Positions 27,583-42,406 of a stretch of 64,000 nt of DNA are shown piece after piece. The stretch lies in contig OX597825.1 of assembly GCA_951406725.2 (NCBI GenBank), forward strand, positions 84,072,001 through 84,136,000. Direction: 5' to 3'. The DNA is from Octopus vulgaris. Lineage: Eukaryota. Made by a program: the position numbers and the translations under genes. Below the pieces are notes generated by a model. That model was not told the DNA's origin. It did not search any database and was given only the letters and a program-made list of their open reading frames with translations. Position 1 is the first letter of the stretch. Every line of letters starts with the position of its first letter.

Positions 27583-27798
27583 TAGTTAATCCAAACAAGA
27601 AAGCACAAAAAAACACAACAGCGCGAGGACGTGGAACAAATATAGTATTATTGGACGCTCAGGAAAGAAGGAAAGAAGGAGGGTTTAACGTTTCGAGCGG
27701 AGCTCTTCGTCGGTAATATAGGAGTAGGAAAGATCCAGAGAAGGGAAGACAGAGGAAAAAAAATCGCCAACGGTACACACGAGGTCACATTTTGAAAA
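27583..27798 (-). mobile_element. Hammerhead-bearing repeat, HHR family 2 (copy 2)
   Basis: Minus 27717-27683 reads CCGACGA-A-GAGC UCC GCUC-GAAA-CG-UU-AAAC. Helix II is perfect, the core has U4C and helix I is degraded. Confidence 0.7.
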
Positions 27799-27811
27799 TA
27801 TATATGTGTGT

Positions 27812-27845
<34 letters not shown>

Positions 27846-27851
<6 letters not shown>

Positions 27852-28470
27852 CTTCATTGCCCTGGCCCGCTCCTTTCATCACAGTATGGTGGGTGGGGTA
27901 TGCCATCAAAATGCTCTCGGAGACCCATCTCCCGTCACTGGGGGTCTGAAGCAAGGATATGTCCTGGCACGAACCTGTTTCTCTTTGCACGTGGTCACCA
28001 TGTTCAACGAAATCCCATTGCACTCACCTTAAATCAACTCACCTTGTATCCGCTATCATCTTCTATCCGCTATCGCTTGGATAGCGTTCTCTTCAATCTC
28101 GCACGTCTCCGCGCAAAGATGAGGACCTTCGCCATCTCAGTCCGTGAGATACAGTATGCCGACGACAGTGCCATCCCGAGCCGGACCGTAGATTGCCTAT
28201 AAAGGACGGCCGATCTTTACAATGCGGCTTATGATGCAGGTAAACATATTAAAGACCGAAACCCTGATCCAACCTGCACCAGGCCAGAACTGTCCCCCTA
28301 CGAACATTAGCATAACGGCCAACCCCTAAGAAGTTGAACACTTCCCATAACTTGGGAGTATTCTTTCGAAGATCCTCACGTGTGAAAAGGACTTGGAGAA
28401 CCAGATCAGGGAGGCCCACTCCGCCTTCGGTAGACTCGGCCAACGTGTATTCTTCAATCACCCACTGACC
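27846..28470 (+). mobile_element. RTE-clade (BovB-like) reverse transcriptase fragment, pseudogenised
   Basis: FIALARSFHHSMVG..VTGGLKQGYVLA..RYRLDSVLFNLARLRAK..QYADDSA..IREAHSAFGRL across frameshifts. Confidence 0.9.
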
Positions 28471-28486
28471 TGTGAGTTTTCATCAC

Positions 28487-28487
<1 letters not shown>

Positions 28488-28527
<40 letters not shown>

Positions 28528-28531
28528 GATA

Positions 28532-28580
<49 letters not shown>

Positions 28581-28594
28581 TAGTAATAATAATC

Positions 28595-28660
<66 letters not shown>

Positions 28661-28687
28661 GTAATAATAATAATAGTAATAATAATA

Positions 28688-28723
<36 letters not shown>

Positions 28724-29000
28724 GTAATAATAATAATAATGATAATAATAATATGATGATGATGATGATGATGTTGATGAAGATGATGATGATGATGACG
28801 ATGATGATAATGATGATGATGAAGGTGATGATGGTGATGGTGATGATGGCGATGATGTTGATGGGAACGACGGATGATGACAGTGACGATGACAGCGATG
28901 ACAAAGGCGACGACGACGATGACGATGATGACGATGATGGTCGTAGTGGTGGTCGCAGTGGTGGTGGTGGTGGTGATGATGATGATGATGATGATGCTGA
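28488..29000. repeat. Compound trinucleotide array (AAT)n>(GAT)n>(GAC)n>(GGT)n
   Basis: Read directly from the sequence. Confidence 0.95.
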
Positions 29001-29368
29001 CAGCAGTATTTCTCACTGTAACATTACATTATGAAAATTCTGTAAAAAAAAACTACAAAAAAAAAACAACCAAAAAAGAAAACCAAAAAAAAACCAAGAA
29101 TCACTTCCATCTTTATTGCATTTTAATAAAACTTTAATAACTTTTAAATTATGAAACATTTTAATACAAACCAAAAAAAAAAAGAAGAGAAAATACAAAG
29201 ATGGGGACAAATATTGAAATTTTCCTACTTAAATATTTTAAAGATGATTTCAAGTTGATGCGTTTCCTAACAAAGAAAAGCTTTTAAAACCGGCAACTTT
29301 AACACCACATTTAAATGCAATACAAGTATTTGGAGTCCAACACTTAACAAACTAAGGCTCTCTCTCTG

Positions 29369-29405
<37 letters not shown>

Positions 29406-29826
29406 CATGTATACATACATGTATATATATAAATATATATATATATGTATATATATATATATGTACATGTATATGTATGTTTATGTATATATATATATAT
29501 ATACACTTATATACATATAAACTTATACGTACATACGCACACACACAAACACACATATATATATACATGCATATATATATATATATAGTAGGTATATATA
29601 TATGTACATATCTATATCTGTGTAAATATATATATGTGTAAATATATATACGTACATATATATATATATATATAAATATGCATAAATGCATATAAATTTA
29701 TACACATAAACACACACAAAAACATATATATGTATGTATGTATATATATGTATATATATGTATATATATATATATATACATATGTACATATATCAATACG
29801 TATAGCTGTTTTGAATAATATATTGG

Positions 29827-29862
<36 letters not shown>

Positions 29863-30164
29863 TATATATGCATGTTTTTGTTGTGTTTTATTTGGTATTT
29901 AATTTCAAGAATTCATTTATACGATTTCGTTCAGTCAATTTGTATGAATCACAAAACTGTTATTACTAAAAAGTAAATTGTAATTTTTCGAGTCGTTCAA
30001 AACTTGTTCGCCGCGTTTCGTCATGGCTTCATCCTATTATCACTTTCACTATCCGCTCGCTCGCTCTGTCTTTCACTACCCGCTCATTCTCTCTCTCTCA
30101 CTACTCTTTTCGCCTCTCTCTTTCACTAGCCGTACGCACTCCCCTCCTGCTTCTCCTCTTCCTC

Positions 30165-30345
30165 CTTTCTTCTTCTTCTTCTTCTTCTTCTTCTTCTTCT
30201 TCTTCTTCTTCTTCTTTTTCTTCTTCTTCTTCTCCACCTCTTCCTCCTTTCTCCTTCGTCTTCTTCTTCTTCTTCTTCTTCTTCTTCTTCTCGTTCTCCT
30301 CCTCCTCTTCATCCTTTCTTCTTCTTCGTCGTCTTCTTCTTCTCA
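30165..30345. repeat. (CTT)n/(CTC)n polypyrimidine array
   Basis: Read directly from the sequence. Confidence 0.95.
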
Positions 30346-32286
30346 CCTCACCTACACAATCTCTTGCTTAAACTTTTCTGCTCACCCACTTGTAACCGAA
30401 CTATGCAAGCACGTATACACATGTTCAAAACTGAATTTAATTTTGTATATAAATATGCGTGTGTATATATATACATACATAAAATAAATATGTATGTACA
30501 TATATCATATATACATACAGCACATACACACACATATATATATAATATATACTCATATTACATATATGTCCATATCTATTGTCTACGTGTGCATGTGTCT
30601 GTCTGGATATATACATATATATATGTCTGTATATACACATTCAAGTGTATACTTAAATATGAGTCGGTGTATGAGTGTGTGGTGTGTATTTGTTGAGATT
30701 ACTTAATCCCAGATCAATCCTACTTGACCTCCCAGCTTCAAAAGCAGCCCACCTGCGAATATTTCTCACTTCTTTTGGAAGAGTGTACCGAAGATTACAT
30801 TATCTCATGTGTCGTTTCTTTCGTTAAGACGGTGGGGTACGATTTTTAAAAAATATGAATTCGATATATATATATATATATATGCATGTATGTATATGAT
30901 TATATACACGTATTTTTAAACATATATATATGCATACATACTTGCATATATATATATATATGATATACGTATATCTAAATGAATATATACACGTATATAT
31001 ATGTATATAAGTTATATATGTGTGTATATATAAGTATAAATATATATAATATATATAATTTATATAATATATAAATTATATATATATGTGTATATTTATG
31101 TATGTATGCATATATTAATATGTACATATTAATGTATAAATATGTATATATGTGCATATATATACATAGGAATATATGTGTATTGAATATAATGGTGTAC
31201 GTGTGTTTAAACGGTTATAAATATATCCCGTGATGCATTTTATATGTGTGTATATTCTATTATATACACACATAATGTGTTCTTGTAAATATGCACGCTT
31301 GAATGTGTGTGTGTGTGTGTATATGTGTGCGTGTGTGTGTGTGTTCCTAAACTATAGAACTCATTCAAACATAGAATTACGCAATATTACGCAACTAAAC
31401 ACCAATCTTTACTTTATAGAAATTCGCAGCAGTTTCCTTTCATAACTGTTGCCAATATGGAGACTGCACACGATTAACAACTTTCGTTTCTTTTTGTGAT
31501 TCGATGCTTATAGCAGAAAGAACAGCGATTCTATATTCCCAGCTCGTTCTTGATCCACTACTTACTTAATAGGATCATTTGGCTTCGGCTAAAGTATTCT
31601 CTGGCATTATTTTCATATAAACATTCCAAGGTTTCCCCTTCAATAAGTCCGCCAAAAATTCATATTTCACAGTTCGCTTGAGTCTTTATTGACGCTGATA
31701 TCTATGTGACACATGATAACTCGGTGGAATTTAAACAATTGAGCAGAAGGTGGGATTTGAAATCGATATTATATTAATAGTTATTATATTTTATAATCAC
31801 GTGACACAATGTTTTCTAGCGTGAATCGTTCGGTAAATACTTAACAGACCGAAACTACGGCACACGTTTTACTACAAACTGAAAACATTTTCAGTATCAC
31901 CAATGATGTAAAAAGCATAAACGTTACGACTTTCTACTTTACTCTAATTTACGAGACTTTTGAAGGTTAAAACTATAAAGTAAATATTAAGCTGCCATTG
32001 AGCCGTGTTGGCATTGTAGTTTCAGATCCCAATCGGAACTGATTGTTGATGGCATCGCGTAAAATGTGGTTACTAAATTTGCCATTTGCGCTTCCTTAAA
32101 ACATCAAGGTTCATGTTCAAGTGGAGAAAATAACGAGTCACATCTTCAGTTTCCTCCACCTCCCCGAGTCCATGTGTCAAGCCTTCAGGCATCGGCTGTC
32201 ATGGTGCGCTGTGCAAAAGTCTAAAGGTTTATTACATGGTTGTCAGGCGATGGTGAGGGGACAAACACAAACACACAAACATATAC

Positions 32287-32358
<72 letters not shown>

Positions 32359-32371
32359 ATATGTATATGAC

Positions 32372-32518
32372 TCTGTGTCATGCTGAATCTCCCTGTGAAC
32401 TACGTTAAGGATATACGTGTCTTTGGAGTGCTGAGCCACTTGCACGTTAATTTAACGAGCAGGCTGTTCCGTTGGATCAGCCGGGACCCTCGTCATTATA
32501 ACCGACGGAGCGCCACTA
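32372..32518 (+). mobile_element. SINE family C 3' half
   Basis: GCTGAATCTCCC..GAGCCACTTGCACGTTAATTTAACGAGCAGGCTGTTCC matches 17859-18230 reversed. Confidence 0.8.
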
Positions 32519-33384
32519 TCAAAGCAACAAATCTTGCTTCCTAAGAATGAAGATAGTCCCAGAGATTTGTGAAGAAAGTCCGAGGTGAGGTGTGAGTGGT
32601 GGTTTATGCTTTATTGTCTATGTTGCTCAGCGAGGATTTCGTGACTATTTTTGACTTTTGACCGTTGTCTACATGTATGTTAGTTGCCATAATCAATAAA
32701 CTTTCCAGACTCAAATTCTCCATCTTGATGTCACTTCAGTAGAAAATAGTTACCTATATATAGCATTAGCTACACCGCTTGGACACCTCTTTCAAAGAAA
32801 TTATTAACTAACAAACTCAGCAAAGAATTACGACTAAACGTAACTGAATTAAACTATCAATCTAGAAATATCTGATCGATATTTTTCTAAACTTATTTCT
32901 TATTTGTTTAGTTTTATCTCCACTAGATTTTTTATTGCTTATAAGGTGTCATCATAAGCTGAAACAAAAATGGTGATAAAATTTCGTTTTCTTTTACTTA
33001 CATATTTTTTTTTATTTTGTCATCGATTAGATTGGTTTTTTTCTTTATTTGTTATCGAGATTCTCCTTCAATTTTTTTTTCTGCCAATTCTCACACAAAT
33101 AAAATACTTTCTAAAAAAATTGATATATCTTAAATATTGTCTCCTGCTGATATGTTATAAACACGTGTGAGATATGATATAAAATAGAATTATTGGTATA
33201 CTAATATTTGAGTATTTATTTTGTATACCATTTTAATGTTTACTTGACTAGATAACTTACAATTAAAACAATCGTCTAGCCGTCATTTATAAGAGAGTAC
33301 GGGCTTCAGGATCGAACCAGGATTTCTATAATTGCTTTAAGAGTCGATGGAGTCACGAGCTGACATGGAGTCCTCTCCTCCTTC

Positions 33385-33470
<86 letters not shown>

Positions 33471-34129
33471 ATACATATATATATGTATGTATATATATAT
33501 ATAAATACATACATTTATATGCATACATATATACACACATATATATACATATATACATTTATGCATGTATATGAAGAAATAACAAATAAGCACATATTTA
33601 TATATATACTTACATGTATGTATATATACATATACATACATACATCTATATATATATACTCACACGCACACGCATGCACACACAAACACACACACAAATA
33701 CATGCATTTATGTATGTTGCTAAGACGAAATGTGAATCATTCTTTGCCAAAAGCTAATTTCGGATATTTCTTATACTTGGAAAGGTATCTAAATATCGCT
33801 CACGTAAACACACCCCAAAAGTGACATACATCTTCATATGGACACAAAACACATATACAAACACACACTGATGTACAATATTTATTCTATGAATCTGGAT
33901 ATTTCTTGTATCTCATGTGACAATTTCATTGTCGTTATTTTCTCCATATTATACATAAAATATTTGAAATGCGATATTTTTCTGAAAACATATCTGCAAT
34001 ATATTTACACATGGTATATAACGTATGTAATTTGGACAATAGATCATCATGCGAAAAATCACACACACACATACACACGTACATATATATTTATATATAT
34101 ATATGTATATATATGTATATATTTAGATA

Positions 34130-34186
<57 letters not shown>

Positions 34187-34821
34187 TTATATATACATAT
34201 ATACAAATATATATGTATCTATAAATATATATGTGTATATATATATATATAAATATAAATACATATATATATATATAAAATATATATGTATATATGCTTT
34301 TAGATATATGTATATATATATATCTATATATATTGATAAATTGATGAACATAAATATTTATAGTTATGTATATACATATCTATCTGTCTATCTATCTATC
34401 TATCTATATATATATTTATAATAAGTGTATAGATATACATACATTATATACTTAGACTCATAGAAAGTTTTATACATACATTTATTAAGGAAGTCCGTTC
34501 CTGCGAAGCAGGTCTAACCTATCTCATCTCTCCTTAGTGAACCTCTTCTTATTTTGTAATACCGCTGTATTACCATAGCCTACGCGTACTTCTCATACAT
34601 ACATAAATTCTGTGTTCCTGCTTCTGGACCTGGAGTACCTGATTGGAATACCAATTTGTGGAAAACCTGTTGGCCAGGATTACCAGAGGCCGGATGTGGA
34701 TTTGCCGTGATTTGAATTGTCTTCCTTCCTTCTTTTTCTCTGCACTGTCTTTCTACTCTTTTATATATTTTGGATTTTAGAGTATTTATCTTGAACTACT
34801 TAATTTTCTTTTTCTGCAAAC

Positions 34822-35336
34822 ATGGCAAAAATGACTGCTTTAGATTGGGAAATTGTGCCTCCGAGGCAGTGGTTGGAAAATTTCCATGAGAGAACAGTAG
34901 TGTTGAGAACTTATTGTAAGTCTCTCGACACCATTACGGTATTCCCTTGAATTAAGATTGAAAAAGAGTTGGCAGAATATCTGCCAACTATTAAGTTTAT
35001 TGGCAGGGGTATCAAATATGCAATGGTGAGGAGGCTCGCAATTTTGCAAGCCAGCCGTTAGGAGGGCAAACAATTCTGTTTCTTCCCACATATGGTGGGA
35101 AGAAATTAACAAGAGCTTGGGTCTGTGGTCTGCCACCCGGAATAGAACCCGAGTGGATAGAAGACATTATCCTTCGGGGTTTGGGTGGCAGCAGAGCCAA
35201 GCTCATTAATGATAAAATGTTGCCTGCGGCTGAAGAGGCGGGAGGGAAGGAAGATCTTTCGGACAAAACGAACGAACTCCACCCTCCCGTCATAAAGGAG
35301 AAAAGAGGAAAAAAGAAAAACGGAGCATTGCCGTAG
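34822..35336 (+). mobile_element. Decayed ORF of about 170 codons, probably LINE ORF1 (L1/Tx1-like)
   Basis: MAKMTALDWEIVPPRQWLENFHERTVVLRTY..*IKIEKELAEYLPTIKFIGRG..(frameshift)..LFLPTYGGKKLTRAWVCGLPPGIEPEWIEDIIL... It has one stop and one frameshift. The clade call comes from general resemblance only. Confidence 0.5.
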
Positions 35337-35380
35337 GTTGCTAGTACACTGCCGGCATGTCCCGAAACCCCTTCGGTCGA

Positions 35381-35695
35381 CTTGTGAGTAGATTTGATAG
35401 ACAGAAACTGAAATAAGCCCGTCGTATATATGTATATGTGTGTGTGTATGTGTGTGTGTGTATGTGCGTGTGTATGTTTGTATATCTGTATTTGTCTCCC
35501 CACCATCGCTTGACAACCGATACTGGTGCGCTTACGTCCCCGTAACCTAGTGGTTCGGCAAGAGAGACCGATAGAATAAGTACTAGGTTTACAAAGAATA
35601 AGTCCTGGGGTCGATTTGCTCGACTAAAGGCAGTGCTCCAGCACGGCCACTGTCAAATGACTGAAACAAGTAAAAGAATAAAAGAATAAAAGAAT
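35381..35695 (+). mobile_element. SINE family A 3' two-thirds with (AAGAATA)n tail
   Basis: Matches 12200-12497 and 55620-55906. Confidence 0.88.
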
Positions 35696-36589
35696 ATGTA
35701 TATATATATATGTATATACACATGCATAGTAAATATGTATATATATGAATATGAATATATATATATGTATATACACACACACATGCACACACACACACGC
35801 ACACACATATATATATATAGACATAGATAGATATTTATTCACACACCCATACACTCATATGCATATATACGCACACACACACATATATACAATTATATAT
35901 AAATATATATATATATACACAATTATATATGTGCATGTGTGTGTGTGTGCGTGTGTGTGTGTGTGTGTACTTAGATATGTATGTGTACATATCTGTGCAC
36001 ACTCACAAGCACACATACTCTCTCTCACACACACACATTCCCAAACTACACCATAAATGCATCTTGAAGCAAAAACTGTCTACACGACTTCCCAATGAAC
36101 ATGGTTCAGTGCATTATAAATTGATAGAATGTAAACTTAACTGAATAATGGACGGTTTGCAGGCATATCTCTTTAATAAACATGTCACTAAATATTTCTT
36201 TATTCACTTAAATCTACATTACATTAAGCTATATCTCAGTGAATCATGTCCGTTCTATCTCTCGTAGATCTGTTTTCGTTTTGAAGATGATTTTTTTCTC
36301 CTGTATTTAGAGAAACAATCATATTAAGATAACGCTCTAAGTTTTACTAAAGTTGCATTTATTGAATAACTTTATAGCGCTAAGTCTACATAAAGTTTAA
36401 GAATTTTGAAATTTATGAGGTTTCTCAGTTTGTTCAAATCGCGTGACTTTACTGTCAAGGGTGTATATGTAGTCAGGAAATATTCAAATATATGCAAATT
36501 CGCACTGAATTTTCTGGCTGATGATGCTGCAGTCTATACTCCTGGCGGTGTAGCAAGTTCGCAAAATCAATATATATTAAATGAGGATG

Positions 36590-36930
36590 ATTCACCGGAT
36601 TATCGGTCACCATTGTCAGATTTCGTACCCAACCAACAACTCAGCTCAGAAACTGGCATGCGTCCTGGTATGTATCGGCAGCGCCAGCTCAGACTGTTTG
36701 GCCATGCTGGTTGCTCGATTTTCTGACTTAGACCCAGCTTACTGTGTTCTCTTCACAGAGGATCCGGCTGAGGCGACGGCTTGTCTTGGCCGACCACATG
36801 CCACGTGGTCATGGTGACAGATGAGGAGGAATATTTCACAGACTGGGATTCTGCTCGATATATTGCTCAGGAGGACCCGGGAATATAAAGAGAAATGGTG
36901 ACAGCACTTACTCGCCACACCTCATCTGAA
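36590..36930 (+). mobile_element. RTE-like LINE 3' ORF2 fragment
   Basis: RQRQLRLFGH / VARFSDLDPAYCVLF..GRPHATW across a frameshift. Confidence 0.75.
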
Positions 36931-37129
36931 ATAATATACGTCGAAGAGTATTTTATTCATTTAACAATAGAACGAGATCACTGCAGCGAGGTAGTGAGTT
37001 GAATGTTTGATCGTTAGCAGTAATATGTTTGTATGCGCATGCGTTTGTGTGTGTGTGAGTGTGTATATACGTGTGTGCGTATTTATGTATATGTGTGTCT
37101 ATGCCCATTACATTTATTAAAACAAAAGG

Positions 37130-37412
37130 AACACTCAGTCGGTTGCGACGACGAGGGTCCCTGCTGATACGATCAACGGAACAGCTTGCTCGTAAAATTC
37201 ACATGCAAGTGGCTGAGCCCTCCATAGACACGTGTACCCTTAACGTAGTTGTCAGGAAGATTCATCGTGATACAGAGCGTGACAAGGCTGGCCCTTTTTG
37301 AAATACAGGTACTACTCATTTTTGCCAGCTGAGTGGATTGGTGCAACACGAAATAAAGTGTCTTGCTCAAGGACACAACGCGTCGCCGGGAATTGAACTC
37401 ATGACCTTACGA
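37130..37412 (-). mobile_element. SINE variant D (family-C body plus TGTGTCCTTGAGCAAGACACTTT domain)
   Basis: Shares the 3' body with family C but has a different 5' module. Fragments of that module also occur at about 40092-40200 and 56455-56585. Confidence 0.8.
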
Positions 37413-38508
37413 ATATGTGAATTAGTCGATTTCTCTGAAGCTACGGATCTCTCTGGGATAGGTAAAGTGACGTACACACCTCTCATGAGCTTTGGTTTCT
37501 CAGTCTAGGGAGAAGTAGTTAAAGCTGTCTGTTTGCACAGGTTTCATCTCTCTCCTCTGCTCTCTCTCTCTCCTCTCTCTATCTCTGTCTGTCTCTCTTT
37601 CTGTCTGTCTCTCTGTATGTCTGTTTGTGTCTCTCTCTTATATATATATATATATATATAGAGAGATATATATATAGAGAGAGCTGGATTATATATAGGT
37701 ATGCGAATGATTTTCTTGACCCATTTGCTCCGTACAGTTGACTTATCTAGTTATTATCACTGTCATTTTTTCGGCGGTTTAAACAAGAGTTTTGACTCCT
37801 ATTTCGAGCAGGTAGACATACTCAGTATGTCCCTTGATTAAAACATCTGTGTGTATGTGTATGTGTATGTGGGAGCAGGTGTGCGCGGTGCAAATGTGAG
37901 CCTAGATGAAAGAATATCTTCGTAAAGATCGGGCTACACCCGTGCAAAAGAGACGAAAGAAAAAGAGAGTGTAACATTATCGAGACTAACAAGGAAGGGA
38001 GCATGCGCTCTGGAACTTCGCTGACTGACGTTGATGGAAGAGATGTCGCGTATAAATGGTATTCACGGGTCGGATTGGACGAGATTTGTTGTGTACATGA
38101 CTAGGGAACAATTTAGGAAGAGTTTATTTGAGTACATATCACAGGAGATATGAATAAAAATTTGGACAATTTGTGAGTGAGAATGCAGCTTACGAAACCG
38201 TATCGTATTGACCAAAGGTGGGAATCATGATTCCCAGAGACAGAAATTCTTCACTTAGCAAAGTAAGATATTGATATAAGTTGAAGCGTTTGTACGAGTT
38301 GGCGTTGGGCTTAAAGACCTCTTAGTTGTGGTTGTTGTAGTTGTGGTGGTAGTAGTAGTGGTGATGTACCTTTGAACGATTTTACAAATTGAAAAAAATG
38401 TGTTTAGTCTCCGTATAAAAGCAGATAGCGGAGGAGTAAATCACTTAGAGCTTACAGGCTTTTATTGAAGTAGAAATGGAAATGCCACACACACACACAC
38501 ATACACAC

Positions 38509-38540
<32 letters not shown>

Positions 38541-39302
38541 CCACACATACACACACACGCACACACATACATACATACATATATATACATATATATATGT
38601 ATATATATGTATATATATGTATGCATATATATATGCATATATATATGAATATATATATATGTATATTATATATATATATATATGTAATTATATATATGCG
38701 TGTGTGTGTTCTTGAAAAATAAAATAAAAGCTATTTTAAGTAATGTCTAATATATTCTGTATAAATGATGGAGTATTGAATTCACTCAATGACATCTGTT
38801 TACACGAAATACAAAAACTAAGAGCATACGAAACGTTCAAGAAAATCACTCTTAGATTGAAAAATATCAAAAAATTGAGAATAAATGTTAAAAATATATT
38901 CCATCATATAAAGCATATTCAATAGTTAATTTTTAAAAAATTATAATGAAATATGTATCTCTTAAATAAATTCTCTCTTGAGATGGAATAATTTGGTTTA
39001 AGCTAAAAGCATAATTATAGAATATTTCACCATGTTAAGTATTACGTTTCTGCCTTCATTGAAGATGGCATTTACATTGAAATCTTTGGTGAAAAATATG
39101 TGAGTTAATTCAATAAATTGGTTAAGTAATTTTCAGCTAAGTTAATTAATCAATCAGCTAATTATATCAAGTTAAGAAAGCTGTGGAAATAAAGAAGACA
39201 TTGTTTGGTACTTAGATACAAAATCATATTTGAATCATTTTTGTATCGTTCTTGTGAAACATCGAAATTGTGGTCTTCTCTGCTAATATCTCAGCACCAG
39301 AT

Positions 39303-39521
39303 TAAGGCGGTGGAATGGCAGAATCGCTAGCATGCCGGACGAAATGCCTAATAACATTTCAACCGTTTTTACATTCTGAATTCAAATTCCACCGAAGTCG
39401 ACTTTGCCTTTCATCCTTTAGGATAACGATAAATGTACCAGTTGAGCACTGGGGTTGACATAATCGACTTAACCACACCCCACCCCAAACTGCTGGCCTT
39501 GTGCTAAAATTTGAAACCATT
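39303..39521 (+). mobile_element. SINE family B, full length
   Basis: AAGGCGGTGGAATGGCAGAATCG..GAATTCAAATTCCACCGAAGTCGACTTTGCCTTTCATCC..CTGGCCTTGTGCTAAAATTTGAAACC. Confidence 0.88.
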
Positions 39522-39750
39522 GTCTTAGCACCGGTGGTGTCATATTGACTTTATGCCTGATAACGGAATTATGAGAAATATAAAGAACCATAGATTATTC
39601 TGGTGCCTAGCATAGAGTTCATAGCATTCAGTACTTGAAAGATATGTATTTACTGTCTACGGACGCCATATTGACCATGGCAAAACTGAGGTTTAGCACT
39701 CTGGCATGACAGGTTTATCACTATGTACAGAGGTGAGCTTTATTAAATCG

Positions 39751-39795
<45 letters not shown>

Positions 39796-39968
39796 AGTGT
39801 GTAATTATTGTAGTAATTCTCGGTAACCATGAGAGCTATGATAAAATACAAAGCCCAGCATCACTATCAGACCATTTTACATATATGTATAGATTTTCGC
39901 GCAATTCCACCAGCCGTTTAACTGTGAATCCCAAGACAAGAAAGAATCGCCCATGTCAAATTTATATG

Positions 39969-40066
<98 letters not shown>

Positions 40067-41077
40067 ATATATATATATACGTAATTATACATTGGACTGG
40101 AGTAACGCGAAAGGAAGTGACTTGTTGAAGAACACAACACATCGCCCTGCCCAGGAATAGAAAACACAATCTTACGATAATGAGTGGGAAACTTTAACCA
40201 ATAATCACGTGCCTCCAAACGCACACACACATGCGTGTATGTGTGTGTGTTTGTGCATATATATATATACATTAAATACACACACTCACACATACACACA
40301 CACACATATATATATATATATTTATATATATATATAAATATATACACATACACATATATGTATTTGTGTTGAAAACTATCACGTGTTAATACACACGAAC
40401 TTTTGATTGGTGAACCAATATCTCATGTTAATTGCTCAGAAGGAACTATTCATATCTCTAATAGGAAAAAAATATCAACACATACACATATCATATATTT
40501 TTCGAAATCGTGAATAGAAAAAATACAAAGCATAATTTCTTTGCAAAGACCGAAAGCAATAAAGAAGTGAAAAAATTTATATAATTATTTTTATTGAAAA
40601 AAATGGAAAAAAATCATCAAAATAATTCTATGAAATGACGAATATTTCATAATATCTGTCTATGAAACACTGGCATTATTGGTAGTTTTAAATCTCCAAC
40701 TAATGAGAGAAACCTCATCAAAACAAACAAGCTGAACTGGATAAATGCTTAAAAGGTGAAAAATGTAACTTCTGTAAAACACAAACATCGAGTTAGAAAT
40801 TTGGTGTAAAAGCAAAGAATTCGAATATTTTAATCGATTATGTGATGGGGTTCAAGTATTTGAAAAAAATTGTATGAGATTTAAAGGAATTTCCAGAACT
40901 TACGATAAAACTAATCAGGGCATTGTGGGTGTACGAAATACGATGCTAGAAGCAGGCATATCTGTGTGGTTAAGGAGGTAGCTTTACGACCCCGTGGTCT
41001 CGAGTTCAGTCCCACTGTGTGGTACCTTGGGTAAGTATCGTTTGCTATAGTTCCGGGTCAATAATGCCTTCTGAGTG

Positions 41078-41150
<73 letters not shown>

Positions 41151-41162
41151 GCGACACAATTT

Positions 41163-41430
41163 CTTCACTGCAAATGGTGCTACACTTTTCAATGTTATTC
41201 CGAAAGAAATTAAAGAAGAAAAAGACACCACACCTTTCAAACGGTACCTGGACAAATTCCTTCAGGAAATACCGGATAAACCACCTACACCTGGATAGGT
41301 CTCAACCAACAACAACTCTCTGCTTGAGTGGTCCATGTTGTACCGAATTAATTAACTAAAATACTTTTCCAGGTGGTGCTAGTGAGTTAGTCATGGCCTG
41401 GAAGGATAGTGGCCGAAACCAACCTAAGTT
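41163..41430 (+). mobile_element. CR1/L2-like LINE 3' end
   Basis: FTANGATLFNVIPKEIKEEKDTTPFKRYLDKFLQEIPDKPPTPG*VSTNNNSLLEW, followed by a short UTR. Confidence 0.75.
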
Positions 41431-41481
41431 ATGTATATATATATATTTATTTATTTATATTTATACACACACACACACACA

Positions 41482-41560
<79 letters not shown>

Positions 41561-41571
41561 CGACTTAAGTG

Positions 41572-41735
41572 ATCCCTGCTGTACTCTTTCACCACTCTTT
41601 CTCCCACTCTTTCTTCTGTTGGCCTGCTCGCTTAGCCAGCGGGGTGGCGTCATTCGAAGGCTAAAACAATGCGAACGCATTGTGACCAGCGATGTGTAAC
41701 AACATCTGATGGTCTGGTCAGTCACGTGATCACGT
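41572..41735 (+). mobile_element. SINE variant E 3' half (family-C-type head region with a different tail)
   Basis: Reverse complement of the tail of 49842-50132. Ends in CACGTGAT repeats. Confidence 0.8.
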
Positions 41736-42406
41736 GGTCACGTGATATATATATGTATATATATGTACATGTGTATAGACACACGCACATATATGTATAG
41801 AATATTCATATATATTTGTGTGTGTATATATGTATACATACAATATACATACACATATATCTTTGTATTTTGTATATGGCAGATGTCTAACATTGCGCTC
41901 ATAAAAGCTCCATGTTACTTCTTGCTGGTTACCGTATATTATTCTGAACATGGCTAGTTATCTGTATGGGATTGTTATGTATGCGGTACCCCGTGGAGTG
42001 TAGGATAAATATATTAATAACGAGAAATATTTCATGGTTGAAGTATTTATATTTTTATTAATGCTCTGCTACATATGTTTCGGCGTTATATGTACTCTTA
42101 CGGGATAACCTCACCATATCCATTGGATATTATTAAATATTATTTATAATAGCCATGAACCCTATGGGAGCCCATTAACTCGACGTGAATATTTCTTCAG
42201 ACACCAAACAATTTTTGCATTATTAACCAGAAACTGATAATGATAAAAACAAATATTTACTCACCATTTTATTTATGAAATTTATCTGTCCATCAGAGAA
42301 ACACGGGGTTTAAAGTTCTATTCTTATGAGAACTAAATGTCTCACCCTTGGTACACTATAATTTTTATCCTTCTTCATTTCTTTCTCTCTTCTCTTCATT
42401 TCTCAG

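Noticed and set aside
28393-29137. Poly-N/M/D 213-aa ORF and related ORFs
   Set aside because: Trinucleotide repeat, preceded only by the end of the RTE fragment.
30005-30040. Minus-strand GAUGA-AGCCAUGAC-GAAA-CGCG hammerhead-like string
   Set aside because: The core reads AGGAUGA, there is no UH triplet and there is no helix I.
37880-38200. Possible L1/Tx1 ORF2 C-terminal remnant
   Set aside because: Only vague similarity, with no motif I can defend.
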